Under the pieces are notes generated by a model, which was not told the DNA's origin, searched no databases, and saw nothing but the letters and a program-made list of their open reading frames with translations. A DNA stretch of 24,579 nucleotides from Opitutales bacterium. Its GTDB lineage: Bacteria > Verrucomicrobiota > Verrucomicrobiia > Opitutales > Coraliomargaritaceae. Location: the NCBI GenBank assembly GCA_049598495.1, contig JBMYNR010000025.1, forward strand, positions 1 to 24,579. Reading direction: 5' to 3'. Positions 10,812-21,817 of this stretch are shown piece by piece. Made by a program: the position numbers and the translations under genes. How positions within the stretch are numbered: position 1 is the stretch's first letter; each line of letters opens with the position of its first letter.

Positions 10812-11633
10812 ATGAGCATCCGTCAGTTTGTTTATTGGCTCGCTGCCACTGCCGCACCGGTCGCCTTCGTATGGGCTGATCAGCCAATCATGAACATGAT
10901 GCCCCGCTGGGATGGTGGCTACGGGTTTCAAGTGCTCGCCGAGCGCCTTCACCGCAGCGATCTGAAGCAGGGCGATGAAGTCGTCGCGCGAGGTTTTACT
11001 GAAGATGTGACGCAAGTCCACTTGCAGGGCGTCTACACTTGGGATCGATCGATTCGGCTAACGGCAAAGTTGCCCTATGTGCTCGATGCACGACGTGAGG
11101 TGCTTGGTTCGCAGGGCGAGAAATTGGTGCAGCGCGATGAGGGGATCGGCGATCTGACCCTTGCATTGCCATTGAAGAAATACTTTAATCTCTCGTCGCG
11201 ATCCGGTTCTTGGACTCTGTCGCCACAGGCGCGGATACCTGTCGGAAAAGAGGACGATGCGTTTGAAGTCTGGGACGGCGTCTGGGGTGGGGGGCTTTCG
11301 TTCGGCTACGAGACCGAAACCTACGATTGGTTCTTTGCGACCAGTGTCGGGTTTTGGATTTTTGAGCAGCCCGAGCCAGCGGAGTGGAGCTATAGTCTAG
11401 ACTTGGGCTGGAACCTGCGGGAAGATTTGCAACTACTCATCGAGACAGATTTGAAATGGGACGATGATGGGAAGTTTTTCGCTTCCTCCGGGCCGGCGAT
11501 CTATCATCGCTTTTCAGATAGAGTGCACGGTCGCATCGAGTGGAAGCACGACTTGATCTCTGATGTCAGTGATCATAGACCCGACCATGGGAACGGCGAT
11601 CGCGCCAGTATAGGTATCGGCTTCGTATTCTAG
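10812..11633 (+). CDS. Putative outer-membrane beta-barrel channel (SphA/MetA-pathway 'transporter'-like)
   Basis: Signal peptide ending VWA-DQ, LPYV, GIGDL and RIPVG motifs, alternating aromatic beta-strands, terminal IGIGFVF (BAM beta-signal Phe). Starts 2 nt after the HMA gene stop. Confidence 0.65.
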   Translation: MSIRQFVYWLAATAAPVAFVWADQPIMNMMPRWDGGYGFQVLAERLHRSDLKQGDEVVARGFTEDVTQVHLQGVYTWDRSIRLTAKLPYVLDARREVLGSQGEKLVQRDEGIGDLTLALPLKKYFNLSSRSGSWTLSPQARIPVGKEDDAFEVWDGVWGGGLSFGYETETYDWFFATSVGFWIFEQPEPAEWSYSLDLGWNLREDLQLLIETDLKWDDDGKFFASSGPAIYHRFSDRVHGRIEWKHDLISDVSDHRPDHGNGDRASIGIGFVF

Positions 11634-11664
11634 ATACTGTAGCGGCGAGTGATTCTGGTCGCCG

Positions 11665-12963
11665 CTACTTTTTTCTCAATAAGAATGCACCGGCACCATC
11701 GTGTCCCGTCTTCCAAGGGAGGCTGATCGATTCTCCGGTTAGCTCGAATGTGCGGCCCTGTTCGCTCGCGAGAAATGCGTTGATGACATCGCGATTTTCA
11801 GCGGTCTCAATGCTGCAGGTGCTGTAGACGATGCGGCCACCTTCCTTAACGAACTCGGCTGCCTTGGCCAGTAGGCTATGCTGGAGTCTGGCGCAGTCCT
11901 CAATATCGCCCATCTGGAGACGCCATTTCACATCCGTTCTTCGTTGGATAACACCCGTGTTGGAGCAGGGCGCGTCGAGCATGACGGCATCGTATCGGCT
12001 CGGTAGGGTGGCTTGTTCAAAGCGGTTCTTGTCGAGCTTGAGTAGGTCGCTTTCCAGGATATTGCAGCGGAATGTATTTGTCTCCAGAGTCGAAAGATTC
12101 GTGCGCAAGCGTGCGATACGCGCGCCCGGTAAATCGACGGCTACCAGAGTGCCCTTATGCTCCATCGTGTGGGCCAAATCGAAGGCCTTGCCGCCGGGGG
12201 CGGCGCAGAGGTCGAGCAGCTGTTCACCCCCGACGGGGCGCAGAAGTGCCGGTGCCAGTCGGGTCGAAGGGTCTTTGATGTAGGCGTCTCCTCGATTGAG
12301 GAGTGGGCGAACGACATCCTTCCAAGAGACCTCTCGGTCCACTCGGTAAAAATGATCCCATTGAGTGGCGATCAGTCCCTCGGGCACCTTATCTGATTTT
12401 GTGTAGAGTTTAATATAGCTCTCGGGCGTGGTCTGATTCCATTGCAGTAGGTCCCTGTAAGTATCCGGGAATTCCTTCTCCCAGCGACTGACAAGCCATT
12501 GCGGATGGCTAAAATAAGCGGCCGGACTTGTTTCGCGGTCGAACTCACCGAGAGCCTGTGGCAGTTTCCTTAAAACGGCGTTGAGAAAGCCCTGTTCAAA
12601 GCGATTGACCAGACCCTTACTTTGTTCCACCGCATGGTGGATAATCTTCGGGTGTCGATCCGCAGGTGCGTCCAGAAGTTCGAAGCCCGTTACTAAAAGA
12701 ATGGCCTCGAGGCCGGGCTTCGCCTTCTTTCTCAGCAGTCCAGAGAGGGCCGCCTTGGTGCGGTGCCCGTGACGGAGGCCGCCGAGAAAAAGCGACTGAC
12801 AGGCTGCACGACGATCCCCGGAAAAGCCCTCCGGCAAGGCGTCGAGCAATTGATCCGCCTTCTGATGGCCGCGAAGGTAGGCCTCTGTCAGCCGTACAGC
12901 TGCTGACCAGCCCATTAAGGACTTTACGGACTCTGCGGATAAGCTAAAGTTAGGACTTCTCAT
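11665..12963 (-). CDS. rsmB: RsmB/Sun-family 16S rRNA m5C methyltransferase with NusB-like N-terminal domain
   Basis: GFLNAVLR (NusB-like), SHPQWL, LDLCAAPGGK, DAPCSNTG, YSTCSI (both catalytic Cys present). The start could be a later Met. Confidence 0.88.
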   Translation of the reverse strand: MRSPNFSLSAESVKSLMGWSAAVRLTEAYLRGHQKADQLLDALPEGFSGDRRAACQSLFLGGLRHGHRTKAALSGLLRKKAKPGLEAILLVTGFELLDAPADRHPKIIHHAVEQSKGLVNRFEQGFLNAVLRKLPQALGEFDRETSPAAYFSHPQWLVSRWEKEFPDTYRDLLQWNQTTPESYIKLYTKSDKVPEGLIATQWDHFYRVDREVSWKDVVRPLLNRGDAYIKDPSTRLAPALLRPVGGEQLLDLCAAPGGKAFDLAHTMEHKGTLVAVDLPGARIARLRTNLSTLETNTFRCNILESDLLKLDKNRFEQATLPSRYDAVMLDAPCSNTGVIQRRTDVKWRLQMGDIEDCARLQHSLLAKAAEFVKEGGRIVYSTCSIETAENRDVINAFLASEQGRTFELTGESISLPWKTGHDGAGAFLLRKK

Positions 12964-13016
12964 TGGCTCAGAAACTGTCCATATTGGAAAGTTTACGAAA
13001 AAGATAAGCAATCATT

Positions 13017-14876
<1,860 letters not shown>

Positions 14877-14895
14877 CTAGAGCACTTTAAAATGC

Positions 14896-14930
14896 GAAAG
14901 GCGCTTCGGTTTCGGAGCGCCTTTCTTTTT
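14896..14930 (+). terminator. Intrinsic (Rho-independent) terminator after greA
   Basis: 13-bp stem gaaaggcgcttcg / cggagcgcctttc (one G-U pair), 4-nt loop, then TTTTT; begins 20 nt after the greA stop. Confidence 0.85.
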
Positions 14931-14969
14931 ATATTACCTGCCAAAAAGTTTGAAGTGGTTACAAAGCTA

Positions 14970-15021
14970 GTCCGAGATACTTGCAGGACGCTGCGGATGT
15001 ATGAGGGCATGCGACCCTACC
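14970..15021. repeat. Dispersed repeat copy 1, about 52 nt, with GTAG-footed REP-like end on the - strand
   Basis: Manual alignment with 18868-18918 gives about 40/52 identities. Confidence 0.6.
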
Positions 15022-15058
15022 TTAAAGGTCTGATCCACTGGTTAGGGAGAGCATTTGC

Positions 15059-15346
15059 TCAATTCTCGTCGTCGCAGATGCCCAATTTTTGGCGAACCTC
15101 CGGAAACTCGTTCAATTCGGCCAGAAATTCATCGACGTCAAAATCGGCCACAATGAAATCCTCGTATTCAAAGGTCGGCGCTTTGGTTTGCCCGCTAATC
15201 GCAACCATAGCGTCCATATCCTTCGCGTTGCCATAGACATCGCGCACATCGAGATCGACACCCTGCGCGTTGAAAAAGGAAAGGGCCTCCCGGCACCAGG
15301 GGCAGCCGGACTTTATGTAGAGGATTGGACGTGTATTTTTGCTCAT
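15059..15346 (-). CDS. Glutaredoxin/NrdH-like redoxin
   Basis: LYIKSGCPWC active site near the N-terminus, SGQTKAPT cis-Pro loop, 95 aa. Confidence 0.88.
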   Translation of the reverse strand: MSKNTRPILYIKSGCPWCREALSFFNAQGVDLDVRDVYGNAKDMDAMVAISGQTKAPTFEYEDFIVADFDVDEFLAELNEFPEVRQKLGICDDEN

Positions 15347-15472
15347 TTGAACGATTTATATACTAGTCCTTTCGTGCTTTATGACAATGCAAATTCGCTG
15401 TTTTAGAACTTAATACCTCATAGACTTGCACAGTCTGTCGAAGTCCTATATACAGCACATCTTCCCTGTTAA

Positions 15473-18310
15473 ATGAGTTCACCCAGTGCACATTATGTCG
15501 AGTCCATCTCGGTCAAGGGTGCACGCGAGCACAACTTAAAGAATCTCAATGTTGAGATTCCCCGTGACCAGTTTGTGGTCATTACCGGTGTCAGCGGTTC
15601 CGGGAAATCCTCGCTTGCATTCGACACGATTTACGCGGAGGGCTACCGCAAGTATATCGATAGCCTATCAACGAAGGCCCGCATGGTGCTTGAGCAGATT
15701 CCGCGTCCGGATGTGGATTACATTCAGGGCCTCTCTCCCGTCATCGCCCTCGAGCAGAGATCGGGGGGTGGGAGCAATCCGCGGAGCACTGTGGCTACGG
15801 TCACGGAGATAGCCGATTTTGCACGTGTACTTTGGGCCGTGTGCGGCACGCCTTATTGCCCTAAGGATGGTGGCTTAATCGAGCGGCGCTCGATGGACGA
15901 CTGTCTCGCGCGGATTTACGCGGAGCCGGAAGGTAGTCGACTTATGATACTGGCTCCTTGGTTGACAGCGAAACCGGCCATCCTCCGTGAAGAGCTGCCT
16001 CGCTTGCAGCAGCGAGGATTCCAGCGAGTTCGCCTGAACGGGGAGATTCATCGACTGGATGAGCGGGATATCATCGATTCGAAGGCCGCGTCGATCGCGG
16101 TCGAGATTGTAGTCGATCGCCTTGTTTTGAAAGGCGACCAACGTAGCCGCCTCGCGGACTCGCTGGATTTAGCCTTCAGTGAAGGCGACGACCGGGCGAC
16201 CATTCTGATCGAAGAGGGGGAGGGCTGGCGTGAGTTGCCCCTGAGTAATCGGCTCGCCTGTGTGATCTGTGGTGAGGTCTACGAAGCGGTTACGCCAAGG
16301 CACTTTTCCTGGAACCATGCCGAAGGCGCTTGTCCCGAATGCGGCGGGCTTGGGGAGACACTTCAATTTCAGCCCGAGCTCATTGTGCCCGATCCGACGA
16401 TCAGTGTAAAGAAGGGTGCGATCAAGCCCTGGCGGCTCGGTTCGAAGCAGATGATCATTCGGCATAACGCGATTCTCAAGCAGCTGGCGGAGCAACTGCC
16501 CTTCGATCCGGAACTACCCTGGAATGAGCTGGAGCCCGATGTGCGCGAGCAGATCCTGTATGGCGCGGGTGATCGTCTCTTTAGCTTCAAACTCAAGGGC
16601 GGAAGCACGAAGCCGGAATCGCTGCCCTTTGAGGGGGTCTTGGCGGACCTCGAGAATATTCGGCGCACGACGATGAGTGACGGGCTTCGGACCCGGTTGA
16701 TGGCCTACCAGACGGCGAGTCGTTGTGAAGCCTGTGCTGGGCGTCGTTTAAATCAGGCCAGCCTTAAGGTGCTTATTGAGGGGCGCTCGATCACCGACCT
16801 GCTGGCCATGTCGCTCTCGGATGCGCAGAGCTTTATTCTTTCGCTGGAAAAAAATCCACAATATGCAGCTGTGGGCGATGCGATCCGTGGTCTGGGCTCA
16901 CGGCTGTCGTTTCTTAACGAGGTGGGTCTAAGCTACCTCACGCTTAATCGCAGCTATAATAGCCTTAGCGGCGGCGAGGCGCAGCGGGTGCGTCTGGCCA
17001 CCCAGTTGGGTATGTCGCTCGTGGGGGTTGTTTATATTTTGGACGAGCCGAGCATCGGCTTGCATCCGATCGATAATCGCCGACTCATTCAAACGCTCAC
17101 GGGCTTGCGCGATCGCGGTAACTCTGTGGTCGTGGTGGAGCACGATGGTGAGACCATGTTGGCAGCCGATCATTTAATCGAACTCGGTCCCGGTGCCGGT
17201 GCGGGTGGGGGTGAAATCATCTTTGAGGGAAGTCCGCAGTCTTCTTTCAAAGCCAAGCGCAGCCGCAGCGGAATGTTTTTATGCGGCGATGTCCGCGTGC
17301 AGAAAGAAGCGGCCACATTGCGGCCGAAGCGCGAATGGCTGCGCATCGAAGGTGCCACGGAGAATAATCTCAAGAATGTCGAGGCACGTTTCCCCGTAGG
17401 ATTGCTTTCGGTGGTTTGTGGGATTTCCGGTTCCGGCAAGAGTACACTGGTGAATGATATCCTTGCGAAGGCGGCTGCCTTCTGCCTGAACCGTGCAAAG
17501 GCGATTCCCGGTAAGCACCGGAAAATCTCCGGCCTAGACAACTTCCTCTCCGTTATTCAGGTCGACCAGTCGCCGATCGGGCGTAGCCCGCGCTCAAACC
17601 CGGCGACCTTTACGAAGCTCTTCGACCAACTACGCGATCTTTATGCAAAATGTTCCCTCGCTAAGATCCGCGGCTATAAATCGAGTCGCTTCAGCTTCAA
17701 TGTGAGCGGTGGGCGTTGCGAGCGCTGTAAGGGCGACGGTGTGATCAAGTTGGATATGCAGTTTATGGCGGACGTTTACACCGAGTGCCCGAGTTGTCAT
17801 GGGCGTCGCTACAACCGAGAGACTCTCGATGTTCGGTTTAAGGGCTTCAGTATTGCCGATGTGCTCGAGATGAGTGTTGATGAAGCCCTTGAGGTTTTTA
17901 GCAAGCAACCGCGGATTGCCGAGAAGCTACGTACCTTGTCCGACGTCGGTCTTGGCTACATTAAGTTGGGGCAGCCTGCGACCACCCTTTCGGGTGGTGA
18001 GGCGCAACGGATCAAGCTTTCGCTTGAGTTGAGTAAGAGGCAGCAGGGAGAAACCCTCTACATCCTCGACGAGCCAACAACAGGTCTACACTGGCTCGAT
18101 GTCCAGCGCTTGATGGATCTTCTGCTCAAGCTGCGTGACGCGGGTAACACCATTCTTATTATCGAGCATGACCTCGACGTGGTGCGTATGGCCGATTGGG
18201 TGGTCGAGTTGGGGCCCGAAGGGGGCGAGGCCGGCGGGCAGATTCTCTTTCAGGGGGAGGGCATCGAGTTCTGCCAGGGTGATGCGACACCCACGCAGGC
18301 TGTGCTCTAA
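15473..18310 (+). CDS. uvrA: Excinuclease ABC subunit A
   Basis: GAREHNLKN, two Walker A motifs ([18 protein letters not shown]), two LSGGEAQR signatures, [16 protein letters not shown], and Zn-finger CxxC pairs. Confidence 0.97.
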   Translation: MSSPSAHYVESISVKGAREHNLKNLNVEIPRDQFVVITGVSGSGKSSLAFDTIYAEGYRKYIDSLSTKARMVLEQIPRPDVDYIQGLSPVIALEQRSGGGSNPRSTVATVTEIADFARVLWAVCGTPYCPKDGGLIERRSMDDCLARIYAEPEGSRLMILAPWLTAKPAILREELPRLQQRGFQRVRLNGEIHRLDERDIIDSKAASIAVEIVVDRLVLKGDQRSRLADSLDLAFSEGDDRATILIEEGEGWRELPLSNRLACVICGEVYEAVTPRHFSWNHAEGACPECGGLGETLQFQPELIVPDPTISVKKGAIKPWRLGSKQMIIRHNAILKQLAEQLPFDPELPWNELEPDVREQILYGAGDRLFSFKLKGGSTKPESLPFEGVLADLENIRRTTMSDGLRTRLMAYQTASRCEACAGRRLNQASLKVLIEGRSITDLLAMSLSDAQSFILSLEKNPQYAAVGDAIRGLGSRLSFLNEVGLSYLTLNRSYNSLSGGEAQRVRLATQLGMSLVGVVYILDEPSIGLHPIDNRRLIQTLTGLRDRGNSVVVVEHDGETMLAADHLIELGPGAGAGGGEIIFEGSPQSSFKAKRSRSGMFLCGDVRVQKEAATLRPKREWLRIEGATENNLKNVEARFPVGLLSVVCGISGSGKSTLVNDILAKAAAFCLNRAKAIPGKHRKISGLDNFLSVIQVDQSPIGRSPRSNPATFTKLFDQLRDLYAKCSLAKIRGYKSSRFSFNVSGGRCERCKGDGVIKLDMQFMADVYTECPSCHGRRYNRETLDVRFKGFSIADVLEMSVDEALEVFSKQPRIAEKLRTLSDVGLGYIKLGQPATTLSGGEAQRIKLSLELSKRQQGETLYILDEPTTGLHWLDVQRLMDLLLKLRDAGNTILIIEHDLDVVRMADWVVELGPEGGEAGGQILFQGEGIEFCQGDATPTQAVL

Positions 18311-18491
18311 GTCTGGTTTATACCCAGCAAGTCGCAGAGGCTTTGAGTATTTGTTTCAGCCGACTCTCTGCCTCCGGATGCCCGTTTTCGGCCAGCAATA
18401 TCATCTGCCCTAAAGTCTTAGCTGATTGCGAAGACGTGGACGGACGCTTTATAGGGCCCATTCTAACCCTTAGGATATGCGGAGTTTTGTT

Positions 18492-18918
18492 GGAGTTCGG
18501 CCTTTAGGCCGTCGGGTACCATCTTTAAAAAGCTTTCAATCGCTGTATCCGGCCCGACCAGCGAACTTGCGCCAGCAAGGTCGACGGACGAGTGCCTCCG
18601 TCTGTTCGGATCCCTTTATACGTCGACGCGACTGGCGTCGCATCGCTACACCCTTTCAACGAACGGCTGAAAGACTTGGCTTCTCTGGCGTGCATTTTTC
18701 AACCGCTCAACGACGCGCAATCTTCGCTAAAAATTGAGAGAGTTCGGCGGACGCCGAGGACGCCGTCCCTCCAAGCCTTAGGGTGCGTGGAGCCTTCATC
18801 CAGCTTGCGCTGGATGCGAGAACCGCAAGCGCTTACGGTTGTCGCGTCGGCGGCGACGCCGGAAGCCGTCCAGGATACTTGCGAGACGTGGCGGACGCAT
18901 AAGGGCATGGCACCTACC
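18492..18918. repeat. Cluster of REP-like palindromes between the convergent uvrA and AEC transporter genes
   Basis: Hairpins at 18498-18511, 18560-18586, 18621-18649, 18749-18772, 18797-18816, 18821-18840 and 18844-18859; several are preceded by GTAG or GGAG. Confidence 0.6.
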
Positions 18919-18993
18919 CAGTGAACCAGACCTTTTTCGAAGTGATACAAGTTTTAGCTTTGTGCAATTCGTGCCCTTTGTGCTGATCTACCT

Positions 18994-19944
18994 TCACAGG
19001 TTCAGGAGCTTCAAGCCGAAGCCGATCCACAATGGGATGGTGGCGAAGCTGACAATCGTGGTCGTCAGTGTGACCTTGAGTGCGACCTCGGGCGATCCAT
19101 CGAATTGGCGTGCCAGTAGAATCGGAAAGACGCCACAGGGCATAGCTGCCTGAATCAGCATGACTGCTTTGAGTTCGTCGGGGAAGGGGATTATCAGGGC
19201 GAAGAAAATGAAGCTCATAGGGAAGGCGGCTAGGCGAATAATCACTGCGGAGAGGGGAATCTGCAGACGTTCGAAGAGGCGCACGTCCGTAGCCAGATCG
19301 GCAAACGTTGCGCCGATCACAATGAGGCCAAGAGGAATCGCGCATTTGCCGAGTAAGTCGATCGATTCAAAGGCGAAATCGGGGAGATGCTGGTCCACGC
19401 GTAGCCAATTCATCGGTACCGAAATCAGGATCGCGATCACGGGTGCACTGAGGAGTCGCTGCCAGAGTGGTTTCGGGTCGTTCGCAGAGAGAATGAAGCC
19501 GACACCGAGTGACCACATGGCGATTTCAACACCCACATTGTAGATAAGAAGTATGCCAGTGGTTTCGCGGTCGAAGAGCAGGGCGACAATAGGGATGGGG
19601 AAATAGGCGTAGTTGTAAATGCCCGTGCTGAATGCGAAAGTACGGCATTCACGCTGGTCGCCGATTTTCAGTTTTCGAGCCAGCAGCATACTGATGCTAA
19701 AGCCCGCCACAATACTGCATAGGCCGACCAATGGGGGAAGCACTGCATCGATCGGGTTGCGCAAGGCGTCATTGCCGAGCACATAGGAGAAGATAAAGGC
19801 GGGGTAGAGGAGGTTGACCACTACGTTCATCAGGCTTCGATCTGCGGCTTCGTTTAACCATCCTACGCGTCGGGCAACAAACCCCGCGAGAATGATGAAA
19901 AATACCGGCATCATAGCCGTGAAGATGAGGCCCGTTTCGTGCAT
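18994..19944 (-). CDS. AEC (auxin efflux carrier)-family membrane transporter
   Basis: 316 aa with about 10 hydrophobic segments; [36 protein letters not shown] and C-terminal SFATIPLW fit the Mem_trans/AEC pattern. Confidence 0.85.
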   Translation of the reverse strand: MHETGLIFTAMMPVFFIILAGFVARRVGWLNEAADRSLMNVVVNLLYPAFIFSYVLGNDALRNPIDAVLPPLVGLCSIVAGFSISMLLARKLKIGDQRECRTFAFSTGIYNYAYFPIPIVALLFDRETTGILLIYNVGVEIAMWSLGVGFILSANDPKPLWQRLLSAPVIAILISVPMNWLRVDQHLPDFAFESIDLLGKCAIPLGLIVIGATFADLATDVRLFERLQIPLSAVIIRLAAFPMSFIFFALIIPFPDELKAVMLIQAAMPCGVFPILLARQFDGSPEVALKVTLTTTIVSFATIPLWIGFGLKLLNL

Positions 19945-19956
19945 TAGGTTTTAGAG

Positions 19957-20070
19957 GTAGGGCGGTTTCTCTGAAAGCGCCGTTCGCCGATGCTATCGAT
20001 GTATCCGTATGTTAAATAGGGTCGTTCGTTACCGCTTGCCGAACGGCGCGCGCGGAGTACACGCCCTAAC
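19957..20070. repeat. Inverted REP-like pair (REPIN-like)
   Basis: Left arm gtagggcggtttctctgaaagcgccgttcg. The reverse complement of the right arm is gttagggcgtgtactccgcgcgcgccgttcgg. They share tagggcg and gcgccgttcg. Confidence 0.6.
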
Positions 20071-20100
20071 ATAACTATTCTTCGTAGTTCTCTCATAGCC

Positions 20101-21627
20101 TCAGATGATTCGGCCCATCACTTCTTCATTCACGCGCTCGTAGGAGCGGTAAGCCTCCTGAGCGGAATGGAGCACCTCGCTAAAGTGGTTGTGTTCGTCT
20201 TTGCTATCGAATTCGAAGCCGAGCAGCGCCCGGCCGACGCGCTCACCGGAATAAACGTAGTTGAAGTAGCAGAGATTCGAGTGGGGGCTGACCGAATGGA
20301 GGAATTCACCTAGTGCACCCGGACGCTCGTGGAATTCAAGTGTGATGAAGATTGGGTTGCGCAGGAGTTTCGATTCGTAGTGGATTAGACGGAAGACGAC
20401 ATCCGTTTCCGCGGTGACTTCCGTGTGGATATAGCCGCTCTCGCTGAGAGCTTTTTCAAGGACGGTGAACTCCATTGCGGAGACATCAAAGCCGATGACG
20501 GGAGCCGCGTTTTTTGCATGGGTTTTCCCGTATTGAAAGTCGGTAATGCTGACGCTTTCCGGAAGGGCCTTGAGAAGGCCGTACATGGCACCTGCTTTCT
20601 CTGGAATTTGTACCTTGATGAAGCGACGCCGCTCGGCGCCGATTGCGGAGCGGCGGGCAATTGTGGCCAGTTGCTCGAAATCCACATTTGATCCACAGAG
20701 AATACTCAGGACACGTTTTCCCGCGAGTGCTTCCTTGTGTTTGAGAACCGCGGCGACCCCCATTGCTCCGGAGGGTTCGGGGATACAGCGCAACTCTTCC
20801 CAAAGAAATTGGATGGCGGCAGAAACCTCATCGTTGGAAACGGTCATCCACTCGTCGACGAGTTCGGCGCAGATTGTGTGGGTCATTTTACCCACCTTGC
20901 GCACGGCGGTGCCGTCGCAGAAAACATCGAGCTTTTCGAGCGCAATGGGCTTGCCGGCTTTGACGGCTGCGGCCATTGAGGCCTGTTCCTCGCCCTCGAC
21001 ACCGATGATTCGGATATCAGGGAAGTTGACCTTGAGCCAAGTGGCGGTGGCTGCGGCCATGCCTCCTCCACCAACCTGAAGGTAGGCCACGTCGAAGGGT
21101 CCTTTTTCCGACATGACGATCTCATCCGCGAGGGTGCCTTGGCCAGCCATGACAGCAAGATCATCGTAGGCGTGAATATAACTGCGTCCATCTTCGTCCG
21201 CGCAGATCAGTGCCGCCGCACTCGCGGCATCATAACTGTCGCCACAGAGTCGGATCTCAACCCGCTTGCCGCCATGCCGCTGCACCGCCCGCTGTTTCAT
21301 CCGCGGTGTGGATAAGGGCATGTAGATAATCGCCTGGGTTCCCAGATTTCGTGCTGCCAGAGCCACCCCTTGTGCGTGGTTGCCGGCCGATGCCGTGACC
21401 ACCCCTTTGGCAAGTTCGTCGGGGGATAGCTGTGCCATGCGATTATAGGCACCTCGCCATTTGTAGGCATGGATTTTGGAGGCGTCCTCGCGTTTGATAA
21501 AGAGCTCGAACTCGGGCTCCTTCATTGCGATGGCGTCCAAGGGCGTCGCTTCGCCTATCTCGTAGATACGGCGGCGGGCACGTAAAATTTCCTGCCGGAG
21601 GCGCCGTTGGAGAGATTCGCTGTCCAT
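20101..21627 (-). CDS. ilvA: Biosynthetic threonine ammonia-lyase (threonine dehydratase) with C-terminal ACT-like regulatory domains
   Basis: KRED...YKWRGAYN (PLP lysine), [33 protein letters not shown], and regulatory repeats IPEKAGA and FHERPGAL. Start placed at the ATG ending at 21627. Confidence 0.9.
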   Translation of the reverse strand: MDSESLQRRLRQEILRARRRIYEIGEATPLDAIAMKEPEFELFIKREDASKIHAYKWRGAYNRMAQLSPDELAKGVVTASAGNHAQGVALAARNLGTQAIIYMPLSTPRMKQRAVQRHGGKRVEIRLCGDSYDAASAAALICADEDGRSYIHAYDDLAVMAGQGTLADEIVMSEKGPFDVAYLQVGGGGMAAATATWLKVNFPDIRIIGVEGEEQASMAAAVKAGKPIALEKLDVFCDGTAVRKVGKMTHTICAELVDEWMTVSNDEVSAAIQFLWEELRCIPEPSGAMGVAAVLKHKEALAGKRVLSILCGSNVDFEQLATIARRSAIGAERRRFIKVQIPEKAGAMYGLLKALPESVSITDFQYGKTHAKNAAPVIGFDVSAMEFTVLEKALSESGYIHTEVTAETDVVFRLIHYESKLLRNPIFITLEFHERPGALGEFLHSVSPHSNLCYFNYVYSGERVGRALLGFEFDSKDEHNHFSEVLHSAQEAYRSYERVNEEVMGRII

Positions 21628-21704
21628 TGCTTCAACTAGATAGGTTTTTGACTGAGGGCTCAAGGGCGAAGAAGAAGCAGGTTCGATCTGCAGATGGTCA
21701 AATA

Positions 21705-21752
21705 GTAGGGGTGTGCCATTGATGGCTCGGGCGTTGCAGGCAAAGCCCCTAC
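21705..21752. repeat. GTAGGGG...CCCCTAC REP-like inverted repeat in the ilvA/hrpB divergent region
   Basis: Exact 7-nt terminal inverted repeat GTAGGGG (21705-21711) / CCCCTAC (21746-21752) enclosing GC-rich sequence. Confidence 0.55.
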
Positions 21753-21817
21753 ATTTGTCTTCATTTCATTCGTTATCCTCTTAGTTATTAGATTTAAGAG
21801 TGAGACCGATGCATGCC

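Noticed and set aside
15400..15460. Possible LexA box upstream of uvrA (tgttttagaact; ctgt...acag)
   Set aside because: Spacing fits neither the Verrucomicrobia TGTTC-N4-GAACA nor the E. coli CTGT-N8-ACAG consensus.
18477..18950. Short ORFs 18477-18737, 18592-18924 and 18699-18950
   Set aside because: No recognisable motifs or RBS; they run through GC-rich palindromes that suppress stop codons.
18311..18993. CRISPR array or housekeeping ncRNA (RNase P RNA, tmRNA, tRNA)
   Set aside because: No regularly spaced direct repeats, no cas genes, and none of the diagnostic conserved sequences was seen.
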